Of a stretch of DNA of 64,000 nt, positions 26,001 to 38,800 are shown piece after piece (position 1 is the stretch's first letter; each line of letters begins with the position of its first letter). Origin of the DNA: Macrostomum lignano. Its lineage: Eukaryota. Both the position numbers and the translations under genes were made by a program. The stretch lies in NCBI GenBank assembly GCA_002269645.1, contig NIVC01003879.1, positions 8,318 through 72,317 on the forward strand. Direction: 5' to 3'. The notes beneath the pieces were generated by a model. It was not told the DNA's origin and ran no database searches. It saw nothing but the letters and a program-made list of their open reading frames with translations.

Positions 26001-26630
26001 CTTGCTTTTATATTATAACCAATTTTAACGACCATTCTCTTAAGGAGTGAGTTTTCTGGAGCAAAGTAAAATAAAAATAAAAAGATGTGCTTGCAATACA
26101 TACAAAAATGAAGTCTTATTTTTAAGAGCAATGCGCTATTCAAGACTTCGTGCGTTTAATTTTTTTCTAGGAAGCAGAAAGCGTAGTTTCTGACCAGCAT
26201 ACTTACATGTACCATTAGTTATCTGGTCAGATTGAAAGTACATATAGAACTGTAGATTTTCGCTGCAAATTATTATTGTGTATAAACTTCTCAATCGCTG
26301 ATAATAAAAGCGTATCAACTACTTTGCTGTTTATTGACCAAGAAAATCAAACTGCATATTGTTAACTCACTTCTATCTGGCACAGGCGGCGGCAGCAAGC
26401 GAGGTCTTGTTCGATTTGTTGCCATACTCGACGCAGCTACCTGCTGAGATCCGTAGTCGTTTAGTAGTAGAAGCCGATGAGGATGAAGCTTGCTTGATGC
26501 AGAATCCTTAACTGAGAATGGGTCGTTTGAGTCGTTCAAGCAATCGTTCTTGCCAGCTCTCTGCTGCTCCATGCGGACAGTGACTAAAGTTGCTCGCAGC
26601 TGCGCTCTCATTGGTTGCTGCTGCTGCGAT
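23050..26630 (-). CDS. Candidate upstream exons of the unidentified minus-strand gene
   Basis: GC-richer segments with splice-like ends near 26626-26364, 24992-24905, 23888-23803 and ~23355-23053. The 24992 and 23888 segments join in frame (SLLTTDGSDPLLETEIEELKKRCDSLLLS/SQRDWEPGSGVYRQQIDEILLC). A full in-frame chain could not be closed. Confidence 0.35.
25270..25970. repeat. 30-bp minisatellite
   Basis: Unit gacagccacccctcctccccagttatttt(t/a). It gives the spurious (SKITGEEGWL)n ORF. Confidence 0.95.
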
Positions 26631-26799
26631 TCTGCCTTCTGATCAGTCTGCAATTTGCCGAAATATACGCTTGAAAATATCCCTTTTTACTACTAAACCG
26701 AAGCCAATAGCCCAGTAGTACTATTAAAAGGAAATTGAAGGGACATACGAGCGTAAGTCTAAATTTCTCGTGAAGTCAATAGTGTGCGCGAAAACAGCA

Positions 26800-27800
26800 T
26801 GATGTTGGGGCAGGGAGAAAGGTGGTAACATGGGGTGTTGGGCAGGGGGAGAGGAGGGTGCATGGGGTGTTGGGGCAGGAGGTGAGGAGGCAAGGGGTGT
26901 GAGGTGTTGGGGCAGGGGTGAGGAGGAACGGGGTGTTGGGGCAGGAGGTGAGGAGGCAAGGGGTGTGGGGTGTTGGGGCAGGTGAGGAGGAACGGGGTGT
27001 GGGGTGTTGGTGCAGGGGGTGAGGAAGAACGGGGTGTGGGGTGTTGGGGCAGGAGGTGAGGAGGCAAGGGGTGTGAGGTGTTGGGGCAGGGGTGAGGAGG
27101 AACGGGGTGTTGGGGCAGGAGGTGAGGAGGCAAGGGGTGTGGGGTGTTGGGGCAGGTGAGGAGGAACGGGGTGTGGGGTGTTGGTGCAGGGGGTGAGGAA
27201 GAACGGGGTGTGGGGTGTTGGGGCAGGAGGTGAGGAGGCAAGGGGTGTGAGGTGTTGGGGCAGGGTGAGGAGGAACGGGGTGTTGGGGCAGGAGGTGAGG
27301 AGGCAAGGGGTGTGGGGTGTTGGGGCAGGAGGTGAGGAGGAACGGAGTGTGGGTGTTGGTGCAGGGGGTGAGGAAGAACGGGGTGTGGGGTGTTGGGGCA
27401 GGAGGTGAGGAGGCAAGGGGTGTGAGGTGTTGGGGCAGGAGGTGAGGAGGCAAGGGGTGTGAGGTGTTGGGGCAGGAGGTGAGGAGGCAAGGGGTGTGAG
27501 GTGTTGGGGCAGGGGGTGAGGAGGAACGGGGTGTGGGGTGTTGGGGCAGGGGGTGAGGAGGAACGGGGTGTGGGGTGTTGGGGCAGGGGGTGAGGAGGAA
27601 CGGGGTGTGGGGTGTTGGGGCAGGGGGTGAGGAGGAACGGGGTGTGGGGTGTTGGAGCAGGAGGTGAGGAGGCAAGGGGTGTGAGGTATTAGGGCATGGG
27701 GTGAGGAGGAACGGGGTGTGAGGTGTTGGGTGTGAGGTGAGGAGGCAAGGGGTGCGGGGTGTTGAGGCAGGAGGTGAGGAGGTATGAAGGGGTGGGGTGT
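26800..27800. repeat. G-rich minisatellite of variable unit length
   Basis: Modules ggggtgttggggcaggaggtgaggaggcaa and ggggtgtggggtgttggggcagg. Confidence 0.9.
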
Positions 27801-28639
27801 TGGTGCATAGCTGCATGTGGTTTTTCTAGATCTACAAGTTTTTAGTGAATTTACCAGTAAAATTTGTACTGCTCCATGACTCGGAAAAAGAAAAAACAGA
27901 ACTGAAATTCTAGGAATTGAAAAAGCTACTGATATGTTCAATACGAGCGTGATGTGTGGATATTTATGTATTACAAATTAATAGCCATTGACTACATTAA
28001 GTCAGTGCATGTGAAAAATACATTTTCAGAGTTTAATATCAGCAAGAGAATAGTGAAATGATTGTTACAGAGGACTAAGTAGAAAATAAAAAAAGTAATG
28101 GTACGCGCTCGTATTGGGCAGCATTGGCAGCAGAGAAAGTCAAACTGTTTTTGATCAAAAGAGGCAAAATTCAAACCACACGCAGCTATACGACCTAGTT
28201 GCGTTTCAGAAAGGTAGCTTAGAATTTCACATCCTTTGAAAAATGCTCATGATGTAAATTCATCTAACCCGGTTTTCTATTCAAATTGACATCTCATTCA
28301 GCATTTTAGCAGATAAGAAAAATCTATAAGAGCGCAATAAAGGCGCAAAAAATCTTTAAAGTCCATTTTAAGCTTTGTTATAAAAATGTCTTTCGCAAAA
28401 TAGAGAAAATAATACCAAGAAGAGGACAGCAGATGATACAAAAGAAGATTCTAATACCGCATCAATAAATTGTCATTTCCATTATACTGGTAAATTTGTA
28501 ATCTAGAGCAGAAAATTGAATAATTCGTACAACCATACAGCTACTATAGATAAACATCCTAAAGGTCCACAACAAATCGCGATGATAAATTAACCTTTGA
28601 AAAATCAAAACTCAAATGAACCTGCCCTTTGTAATCTTA

Positions 28640-28880
28640 AATTGGATCGACACTGGCCCTCTTTGATCTTTAATTGGGCCGACACCAACCCTCTTTGATC
28701 TTTAATTGGGCCGACACCAACCCTCTTTGATCTTTAATTGGGCCGACACCAACCCTCTTTGATCTTTAATTGAGCCGACATCACTCCAGAGACTAATTAA
28801 CGTAACGTAACGTAACGTAATCTTCTAGTGGTCCTTGCATCACTATTCTTTGATCTTTAATTGGAGCCGACATCACCTTA
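28640..28880. repeat. 32-bp minisatellite
   Basis: Unit gacaccaaccctctttgatctttaattgggcc. Confidence 0.85.
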
Positions 28881-28986
28881 ATTTGATCGTCAATTTGACT
28901 GAATTTTAGCCTTACTTAGATTTCATGCAAACTATGGTTTCAGTTTTTCAACCGTCACTGCACTAATCGTTATTTTTTATAGTTCG

Positions 28987-31900
28987 TTATGGTTCGTTAT
29001 TTTTTGTTAAGCGTCTTTTGTCTTCCTCATCCTCCGTAGCCACATCGATTGCCTCTCCGCTTGAAGCTTCAACATTTAGCCAACGAACGGTTCGACGATC
29101 AACCGACTTTGCGCTGAGCCAAGCCTGGCATGGGAATCTTCGTCGCTCGCCAGATGGCTCGACAATGTCCACCGACTGCAGAAACCAGTGCGCGTAAGCT
29201 GAATCTCCTGGTCCATTAGCTAAGTGCTCAACTTTGATGCGTCTCAACTGGCCCACGTTTGGCAAGCCGGTCAGAAAAAACTTGTCGGTGCGACCTCGGG
29301 CAAACTGGCGTCGGTGGGTGCGGCTGTTGGACAGAAGTACCGGCTGCAAAATTCGGGGGGAAGGGTAGCGGAGCTCGGCTCTAATGCCACATGCCAAAAT
29401 AACAAACCATCAAAACCCATCGATCAGGGGCTGCTAATAGCTAAGCGATAACGCGTCCAACCCTTTAGTCGAAAACGTACATAGCCGCAGGGGCGTCGCC
29501 ACCGGTGGGGGGGGACAAGGGGACATGCCAATGCTTTGTCCCCCGACCCCACTTTTGTTGACCTGTTATGGAAATCAATAATTTTGATTCAGGGCGACAA
29601 AAATGGGGCCTGCGGCGCTAAAAAAAGTGCCTGCATGTGGCGCCTAAATGAGTGCCTTTGGCGCCAAAAGGAGTGCCTGCGGCGCTAAAATGAGTGCCTG
29701 CGGCGCTAAAATGAGTGCCTTTGGCGCTAAAATGGAGCCTGCGGCGCTAAAATGAGTGCCTGTGGCGCTAAAATGAGTGCCTTTGGCGCTAAAATGGAGC
29801 CTGCGGCGCTAAAATGAGTGCTTGCGGCGCTAAAATGAGTGCTTGCGGCGCTAAAATGAGTGCCAGCGGCGCTAAAATGAGTGCCTGCAGCGCCAAAATG
29901 AGTGCCTGCAGCGCCAAAATGAGTGCCTGCAGCGCCAAAATGAGTGCCTGCGGCGCTAAAATGAGTGCCTGCGGCGCTAAAATGAGTGCCTGCGGCGCTA
30001 AAATGAGTGCCTGCGGCGCTAAAATGAGTGCCTGCGGCGCTAAAATGAGTGCCTGCGGCGCTAAAATGAGTGCCTGCGGCGCTAAAATGAGTGCCTGCGG
30101 CGCTAAAATGAGTGCCTGCAGCGCTAAAATGGAGCTGCGGCGCTAAAATGAGTGCCTGCGGCGCTAAAATGAGTGCCTGCGGCGCTAAAATGAGTGCCTG
30201 CGGCGCTAAAATGGAGCTGCGGCGCTAAAATGAGTGCCTGCGGCGCTAAAATGAGTGCTCGCGGCTCTGAAATGATCGCTGACAACACAGATTCTGCAAA
30301 TAATGTACACGTAGAAATTTAGTCATGTAGATGTACGTGCAGAATTCTTGGCTTTGTCCCCCAACCATAAAATCCATGGCGACGCCCCTGCGTGTAGGCT
30401 CTAGAAATTTTCAGAGATTTGGTTCACTATTTTCAGCATTTATAACTCTCTACGCTAAGCTTCAATCGCTGCGTTTACTTTGCGACGATATGTATCGATA
30501 TTTTACTTCAGAATTAATTTAAAATCACTGGATATCGAAAGTTAAACAGAAGCAGCCGGCCGCTTACCTGCGAAGCGCCTCGATCTCCACACAGAGTGAG
30601 CCGCACCGGGTGCCTCGTACCGGCGCCAACCCGATCTCCGGTCACCACGGTGACGGTGTAGTCATAGCAATGAGGACCAGGAGCCGTAGCCGGAGGATCG
30701 TTATAGTAGTTTTCGAAATCGTCAGATCCGCCATTAAGTGACGATGCTGCATCCTCCGGTGGCGCTACGATGTGCACCACCTGCGGCTCCTCGTCTGCGT
30801 AAACCGAAGCTTCCGAACTTTCTCCGCGACGACAACCTTCTTCGTCGCCGTCGCCTTCTTCAGCGGTTTTACCACCGCCCGACCTTTTTCTACCGGTTGC
30901 CGCAACTTTAACAGTCTTCTTTTTGGCCAGGCCGGCCCTCCCGCGCGACTGTCTGTCGCAGCCATCGTTCCCGCCGCTTTTGCCGTCCACATCTTCGGAG
31001 TCGCCGTCGGCAGCCAAATAGGTGAGAATTTCGCCGCTGCTTCGCACTAGGAAGTCGCGCTCTCGCCGACTGCACGGCATTGGCGGCGCCGACCGCAGAA
31101 ATCCGTTGCTGCCCGCTGAAGTGTGGGATTTTCGTGCGGGATTTTTTTCCAATTTGGGGATTTTTTGCGACTTGGGGATTTTTCGCGACTTGGGGATTTT
31201 TGTGCGATTTGGGGATTTTTGTGCGATTTGTGGATTTTTGTGCGATTTGGGGATTTTTGTGCGATTTGGGGATTTTTGTGCGATTGCGGGGATTTATGTG
31301 CGATTTGGGGATTTTTGTGCGATTTGGGGATTTTTTGAGCGATTGGGGGGATTTTCGTGCGCTGGAGAGGACACAGTGAGATGGAGAGAACACAGTAAGG
31401 ATGGAGAGGACACAGTGGGGATGGAAAGGACACAGTGGGGATGGAAAGGACACAGTGGGATGGAGAGGACACAGTGGGGATGGAGAGGACACAGTGGGGA
31501 TGGAGAGGACACAGTGAGGATGGAGAGGTCACAGATGAGTATGGAGAGGACACACTGGGGATGGAGAGGACACAGTGGGATGGAGAGGACACAGTGGGAT
31601 GGAGAGGACACAGTGACACAGTGGGATGGAGAGGACACAGTGGGATGGAGAGGACACAGTGGAATGGAGAGGACACAGCGGGGATGGAGAGAACACAGTG
31701 GGATGGAGAGGACACAGTGGGGATGGAGAGGACACAGTGGGATGGAGAGGACACAGTGGGGATGGAGAGGACACAGTGAGGATGGAGAGGACACAGTGAG
31801 GATGGAGAGGTCACAGATGAGTATGGAGAGGACACACTGGGGATGGAGAGGGCACAGTGAGGATGGAGAGGACACACTGGGGATGGAGAGGACACAGTGG

Positions 31901-34732
31901 GGATGGAGAGGGCACAGATGAGTACGGAGAGGACACACTGGGGATGGAGAGGGCACAGTGAGGATGGAGAGGACACACTGGGGATGGAGAGGACACAGTG
32001 GGGATGGAGAGGACACAGTGGGGATATAGAGGACACAGTGAGGATGGAGAGGACACAGTTGGGATAGAGAGGACACAGTTGGGATGGAGAGGACACAGTA
32101 CGGGGATGGAGAGGACACAGTGGGGATGGAGAGGGCACAGTGGGGATGGAGAGGACACAGTTGGGATGGAGAGGACACAGTACGGGGATGGAGAGGACAC
32201 AGTGGGGATATAGAGGGCACAGTTGGGATGGAGAGGACACAGTTGGGATGGAGAGGACACAGTTGGGATGGAGAGGACACAGTTGGGATGGAGAGGGCAC
32301 AGTGAGGATGGAGAGGACACAGTGAGGATGGAGAGGACACAGTGAGGATGGAGAGGACACAGTGGGGATGGAGAGGACACAGTGAGGATAGAGAGGACAC
32401 AGTGGGGATACAGAGGACACAGTGGGAATGGAGAGGACACAGTTGGGATGGAGAGGGCACAGTGGGGATACAGAGGACACAGTTGGGATGGAGAGGACAC
32501 AGTTGGGATGGAGAGGACACAGTGGGGATGGAGAGGACACAGTGGGGATATAGAGGACACAGTTGGGATGGAGAGGACACAGTTGGGATGGAGAGGGCAC
32601 AGTGGGGATGGAGAGGACACAGTGGGGATGGAGAGGTCACAGATGAGTACGGAGAGGACACACTGGGGATGGAGAGGGCACAGTGAGGATGGAGAGGACA
32701 CACTGGGGATGGAGAGGACACAGTGGGGATGGAGAGGGCACAGTGGGGATGGAGAGGACACAGTTGGGATGGAGAGGGCACAGTACGGGGATGGAGAAGA
32801 CACAGTGGGGATATAGAGGACACAGTTGGGATGTAGAGGGCACAGTGAGGATGGAGAGGACACAGTGGGGATGGAGAGGACACAGTGAGGATAGAGAGGA
32901 CACAGTGGGGATACAGAGGACACAGTGGGGATGGAGAGGACACAGTTGGGATGGAGAGGGCACAGTGGGGATACAGAGGACACAGTTGGGATGGAGAGGA
33001 CACAGTTGGGATGGAGAGGACACAGTGGGGATGGAGAGGACACAGTGGGGATATAGAGGACACAGTTGGGATGGAGAGGACACAGTTGGGATGGAGAGGG
33101 CACAGTGGGGATGGAGAGGACACAGTGGGGATGGAGAGGTCACAGATGAGTACGGAGAGGACACACTGGGGATGGAGAGGGCACAGTGAGGATGGAGAGG
33201 ACACACTGGGGATGGAGAGGACACAGTGGGGATGGAGAGGGCACAGTGGGGATGGAGAGGACACAGTTGGGATGGAGAGGGCACAGTACGGGGATGGAGA
33301 AGACACAGTGGGGATATAGAGGACACAGTTGGGATGTAGAGGGCACAGTGGGGATATAGAGGACACAGTGAGGATGGAGAGGACACAGTGAGGATGGAGA
33401 GGACACAGTGGGGATGGAGAGGACACAGTGGGGATAGAGAGGACACAGTGAGGATAGAGAGGACACAGTGAGGATAGAGAGGACACAGTGGGGATACAGA
33501 GGACACAGTGGGGATGGAGAGGACACAGTGGGGATGGAGAGGACACAGTGAGGATGGAGAGGGCACAGTGAGGATGGAGAGGACACAGTGGGGATGGAGA
33601 GGTCACAGATGAGTACGGAGAGGACACACTGGGGATGGAGAGGGCACAGTGAGGATGGAGAGGACACACTGGGGATGCAGAGGACACAGTGAGGATGGAG
33701 AGGACACACTGGGGATGGAGAGGACACATTGGGGATGGAGAGGGCACAGTGGGGATGGAGAGGACACAGTTGGGATGGAGAGGGCACAGTACGGGGATGG
33801 AGAAGACACAGTGGGGATATAGAGGACACAGTTGGGATGTAGAGGGCACAGTGGGGATATAGAGGACACAGTGAGGATGGAGAGGACACAGTGAGGATGG
33901 AGAGGACACAGTGGGGATGGAGAGGACACAGTGGGGATAGAGAGGACACAGTGAGGATAGAGAGGACACAGTGAGGATAGAGAGGACACAGTGGGGATAC
34001 AGAGGACACAGTGGGGATGGAGAGGACACAGTGGGGATGGAGAGGACACAGTTGGGATGGAGAGGACACAGTGAGGATGGAGAGGACACAGTGGGGATGG
34101 AGAGGACACAGTGGGATAGAGAGGACACAGTGGGATAGAGAGGACACAGTGGGGATGGAGAGGACGCAAGTGGCGAGGACACAGTGAGGATGGAGAGGAC
34201 ACAGTGGGGATGGAGAGGACACAGTGGGGATACAGAGGGCACAGTGGAGAGGACACAGTGGAGAGGACAGAACACTTAGCGGAAACGGGCACTCACATCC
34301 ACCGCCTCTCAGGGAATGCTTTGGCCTAGGCTGGGGTAGCACAAGTGGCCGTTGGCGATCCAATCTAGCTTCGATTCGCTTAGCAAAGTTAACCGAGCTG
34401 GTCGCGGTTCGCTCGCTTCCCCGGTGACTGTCAGCCTGACTTTCCCCTTCCTCCTCGACCTCGTCTGCCGTTTTGCTGTGGCTGTTTCGGCTCCCCTCGC
34501 TAGGATGCATCCGACGTAGTCGCGACCGAAGTTGCCGATCGCTGAACTGATGCTTTAACGGTTTGTCGTGTAGTCTACGAGCGCTGATGAGGCTGCCAGA
34601 CGCGTCCCACAATGGCGGATGCAGCGGCGCCGGGTTCAGTGTGCCCGAATGGTCGAAGCCATCTTCAAGGCGTTGCACGCGTAAGTAGTGATCCAGCTGT
34701 CTGGACACAGCGCGAACAATCTCCTTAGACAT
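28987..34732 (-). CDS. PLAT/LH2-domain protein with a long disordered N-terminus, ~446 aa
   Basis: Exons 34732-34297, 31115-30568 and 29343-28987 are phase-consistent GT-AG. PLAT motifs: YTVTVVTGDRVGAGT...VRLTLCGDRGAS-Q/PVLL...FARGRTDKF...VGQLRRIKVEH...WFLQSVDI...FPCQAWL. Confidence 0.8.
29488..30390. mobile_element. 903-bp non-autonomous TIR element whose body is a 21-bp minisatellite
   Basis: Perfect 14-bp TIR CAGGGGCGTCGCCA / TGGCGACGCCCCTG, with an internal (aaaatgagtgcctgcggcgct)n array at ~29600-30260. No TSD detected. Confidence 0.75.
31125..34270. repeat. Two adjacent minisatellites filling the 3.2-kb intron 1 of the PLAT gene
   Basis: (gggatttttgtgcgattt)n at 31125-31350, then (gggatggagaggacacagtg)n at 31360-34270. 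Confidence 0.95.
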
Positions 34733-35848
34733 GCTTTCTTTTCGTTTCTGTGCTAGCTTAGCTGGAGCTGAAAGGAAAAAAGCAAAGGATATTACTTGTA
34801 TTACTGTATTGTACCTTGATCAGTTTCTTTTGCCAAAAAAGCTATATAGACCATATTAAGCAAAATCTATTGGACTAGATTATCGGTCTTTTTAGTGTGC
34901 CAATAAAACGTTTAACCTTACTTGTAAATGCGGTTATAGCCTGGTTTTTCGGCGCAGAAGCCCAAATAGTCTAGTCTAGAAAAAAATAGAAAACTTAGGC
35001 TCGGTACTTTTTGTTCCTAAATGTATTTTTAACACAAATCTAATTACGTTTAGGGATTCGATTTTCAAAAAAGCTACAGTTTGTCAATAAACTGATGTGG
35101 TAGTTTCGAACTAAACTTAGCAACTAAACTTTACATTGAAAATCTCAGCTAGTAAAAAGTGCATATATCTTTGCGTGGCCTGTCTCTGTTTGAAAACAGA
35201 TTAATCAAGCAGCTATCAATTACTAAATCATTGCCTGATTTGATATTAAATGCATAAAATTTCTTAATTTAAACGACAGAAATGGCACAAATTCAGCACA
35301 CTTGATTGAAAATGAGATCGACTTATAACCAAGTGCAAACTATTCCGTTTAGTCCTAACTAATTCTCGCTTTGACGAGTATTAAAATAAAAGGAGAAAGT
35401 GAAGTTAAAATTATAAACCGACTCAGTCAAATAGCTTAGCAGTTTTATAGTTTTAAATTTTATGGACGATAAAATTGTTTATTAACTTCATAGCTTACAA
35501 AAATTAATTTTTTAGTGAAAACCTCAAAACAATACAGTTTAATTTGTTAAACACATAAGAACTTACAATTTTTTTGAATCATTCGCGTGATTTGCTCCGA
35601 TTGATTTTGAAGCACCCATATGCTATAAAGCTCGTTAATATTAAGTAAAGCAATTAAATAGTGAGAAGGCCTATATTGCAATACAATTCTTACCTATTTA
35701 GTCTGGTTTAGTAACTTTTGTTTTTAGAATTTAACTTTGTATCCAAAAATTAACATCACAATTTACACAGCTTATTAAACATTAAAGCCTTGGCCTGTAA
35801 TTTATTTTTTTCTTGCCATTAAAAAGTTTTTTTATTTTAGTAAATACA

Positions 35849-38800
35849 ATGAGTGATCAGTTTGTTGTTTTATCAGGTGACTTTGTTACCATTAAAATTA
35901 CTGGAAGTGCAAGCGATTTCACAAGTGAAAGACGCTTTCCAAAAGGCATGACAATATTTGAACTCAAGGTAGGCAGATTTGGCTGATTTGTAAATATGTT
36001 GTTTATTGGTAATTAATTTTCTTTGCTATTTCACTGACCCTTTTGGCTCTAAATATTAATTGTTTTTAAGTATACCTTATATGCTTTATTGAACAACAAT
36101 AGGCCTACCTGATTTCTAATTGAATAGTGCATTTTTGAATGTATAAATTTGGCCAATTGGTTTTTATTGACAATGACATAAAACCCATAGTCCGGATCAT
36201 GCCAAACTAAAACTTGATGGATCCACAGTTTATACGCCAATGTATACCAAATTTTTTCTGCCTTCCCTAATTGTATGCCACTTCTACAGTACAGGTACAA
36301 ATTTCTTACTTCAAAACTATTCCTATTTAACAAAAAATAGAGAATATCACAATTTAAATACAGTTACACCTATGTTATATATATCCCTGTTATACTGCAA
36401 GCAAGTAAAATATGTATTATGCATCTAGCAGCAGGTTTTATTAGAATATTAAAATTATTCAATTGAACAATAGATGGGAATATATTTTGTTAGTGAGTCT
36501 ATTTCTAACATAAATTCCATTTTTTAATTATTGTGCAAATTCCTAAAAAATACCAATGTTTATGTACATCCATGGTCAGGAAGGTGCAGCGTGTGCGCCG
36601 GAATAACATCCATCAAAATTTTTGCTGTGCGCCGCGTGCGCCGAGAAAAAAAAATTACTTGTGCGCCATGCGCCGAGAAAAATACACTTGAAAAAGCACC
36701 ATCAAGTATTAAGTATCTAAATTGAATCAATATCAATGGAAGTTCAAGCAGTTCAATCATGGCTTCTATTTGCAAAATATAAGCAAAAAGACGCAACAAA
36801 AGCCGCGAAAGGCGCAAATTTGTTAAGTTTGTTAAGTCGATTAATGAAATTTGAAATAGAAACAACATTGGAAATAACGACTATCGTATCGACTATCATT
36901 TATTTTATTGATTGATTGACATTTAATATACGTTTTTTTATTATTCATTATTATATTGTCACGTACACTGACGTACCTTGTGCGCCATGCGCCGAGCCAT
37001 GCACCGATGCACCGAGCCATGCGCCGATGCGCCGAGCCCATGCGCGCGGCGCAGTGAAGTGTGCGCCGTGCGCCGGCAAATTGCTGATTTGCGCCGGAAA
37101 ATTCCGAGGATTCTACCGTCTTCCTGGCTGTGGATGTACATTACATTGCAAGTTGCAATAGCAATAGCATATACGCCACTCACACCAATAGGTAGGGCCC
37201 AATTTTTTGGTTGTATGCCAATGTACGCCAATAGGCCAATAGGGTTAGCAAAGGGTGACTGTACGCCAAATTATACGCCAAATTAATTTGGTGTACAGGC
37301 CATGATCTGGACTATGGCATAAAACCAATGTTAAAATGTACATAATGGGAGTGAGATGGCTGCCCACTTGATGACAAACAAAATGAGATAGCTGACCAAA
37401 GGGTGAGACTGAGGGGTAAGCAAATCATTATGCTAAATTCTATCATTTTCTTATTTAATATATGGCTTACAATTAATTATACATTACATCATTAGCTATA
37501 TACCATACAACTTTATTTAAATTTTAACAATTCAATGTCAGTAAAAACCAATTAGCCAAAGCTATATAGGCCCCCTATATAAGATTGAAGACAATTTGTA
37601 GAAATATTTTTTAATATTGATCATATAAATATTAATAAACCATTTTTAATATACCATAGTCTCGAATATGCACTGTGTATGCAGGAACATCTCCCGGCTA
37701 TGCATGCTACACGCAGAAGGGAAGAGGCTGGGAAGGTAGGTCCATGTCGCACATTGACAGACTGGGAGGGTCTGCAGTCCGTGTTATATGCAGACAGACC
37801 AGGGAGTGACTTGGATAAATATATAAACAAATACCTTCTAGGCTTCACAGCGTGTCATAGTCACAGCATGTCATAGCATGATGATTCACGAGTTGTTGCC
37901 TGCAGCAGCCTCTTGGTTGGCCTTCAACTTGGACTCAGGCTCTAGCTCTAGCACCAGTGGATAGCCAATGAACAGGCAGTAAATTTAGTAAATTTAGTAG
38001 TAAACTTATCTACTTAGATCACTTAGCACTCTCCTATCTGGTTTCCTAGACTCTTTGTCCATCAACAAATTGAACAAACTACTTTAAACTACATTAAATA
38101 AAATACTTTCTTGTAACACAAAAGAACAATATTTTGTCTAAAGTAAACATTAAAACCTATAAAATTTTAAAATACTTGTATCTTTCCATTTTAAAGCACA
38201 TTTTCTGTAAGCTAGTTTTTGTTTTTTAATTTTTAATTTTCTTGTCATTGTTATTATTATTTTTTTAACTTTAAAGTGCTATGTGGTGTGTGCGGTATCC
38301 AATGTGCCATGCCAGTGTGTGCATTGCATAGTGCACACCATGCACACAGTGCGTGTGGTTCACACTATGCACGTGGTGTATACCAGCCCTAGACCTAGTT
38401 GTGTGCAAGAATAACCCCCACAGAATAACATACTTGGGAATGTTGTTAATATAGGCCTATAGGTATAATATATTCTATAGTCTATAAAGTAGAGGTTGGA
38501 TATGATCATAATTGTGATCATAGTTTTGTGAATTCATGACCATTTTTTCACCATTGTGATTTCCTTGAAACCTATTTATAGTGTTGTGAATTTTTGCTTA
38601 CTTTTTTTTTAATTAATTAGGGGGCATAACTTTTCTATTTGATTTACTAAAATAAAAATATGAACATAAATGTGCAAAGCAATAATAAATTTTACATTTA
38701 ATTGACTTGACAATACTACTCAGTATCTATTACTTAATATATAATTATAGAGGGCCTAATAGTTTCTTGTTTTGTTATTTTTTATACTTGAAACTTTTGA

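Noticed and set aside
31022-34292. Very long ORFs (up to 993 aa) rich in C/P/L/H/V or G/W/R/E
   Set aside because: They are translations of a 20-21-bp minisatellite inside a phase-consistent intron and are open in several frames on both strands.
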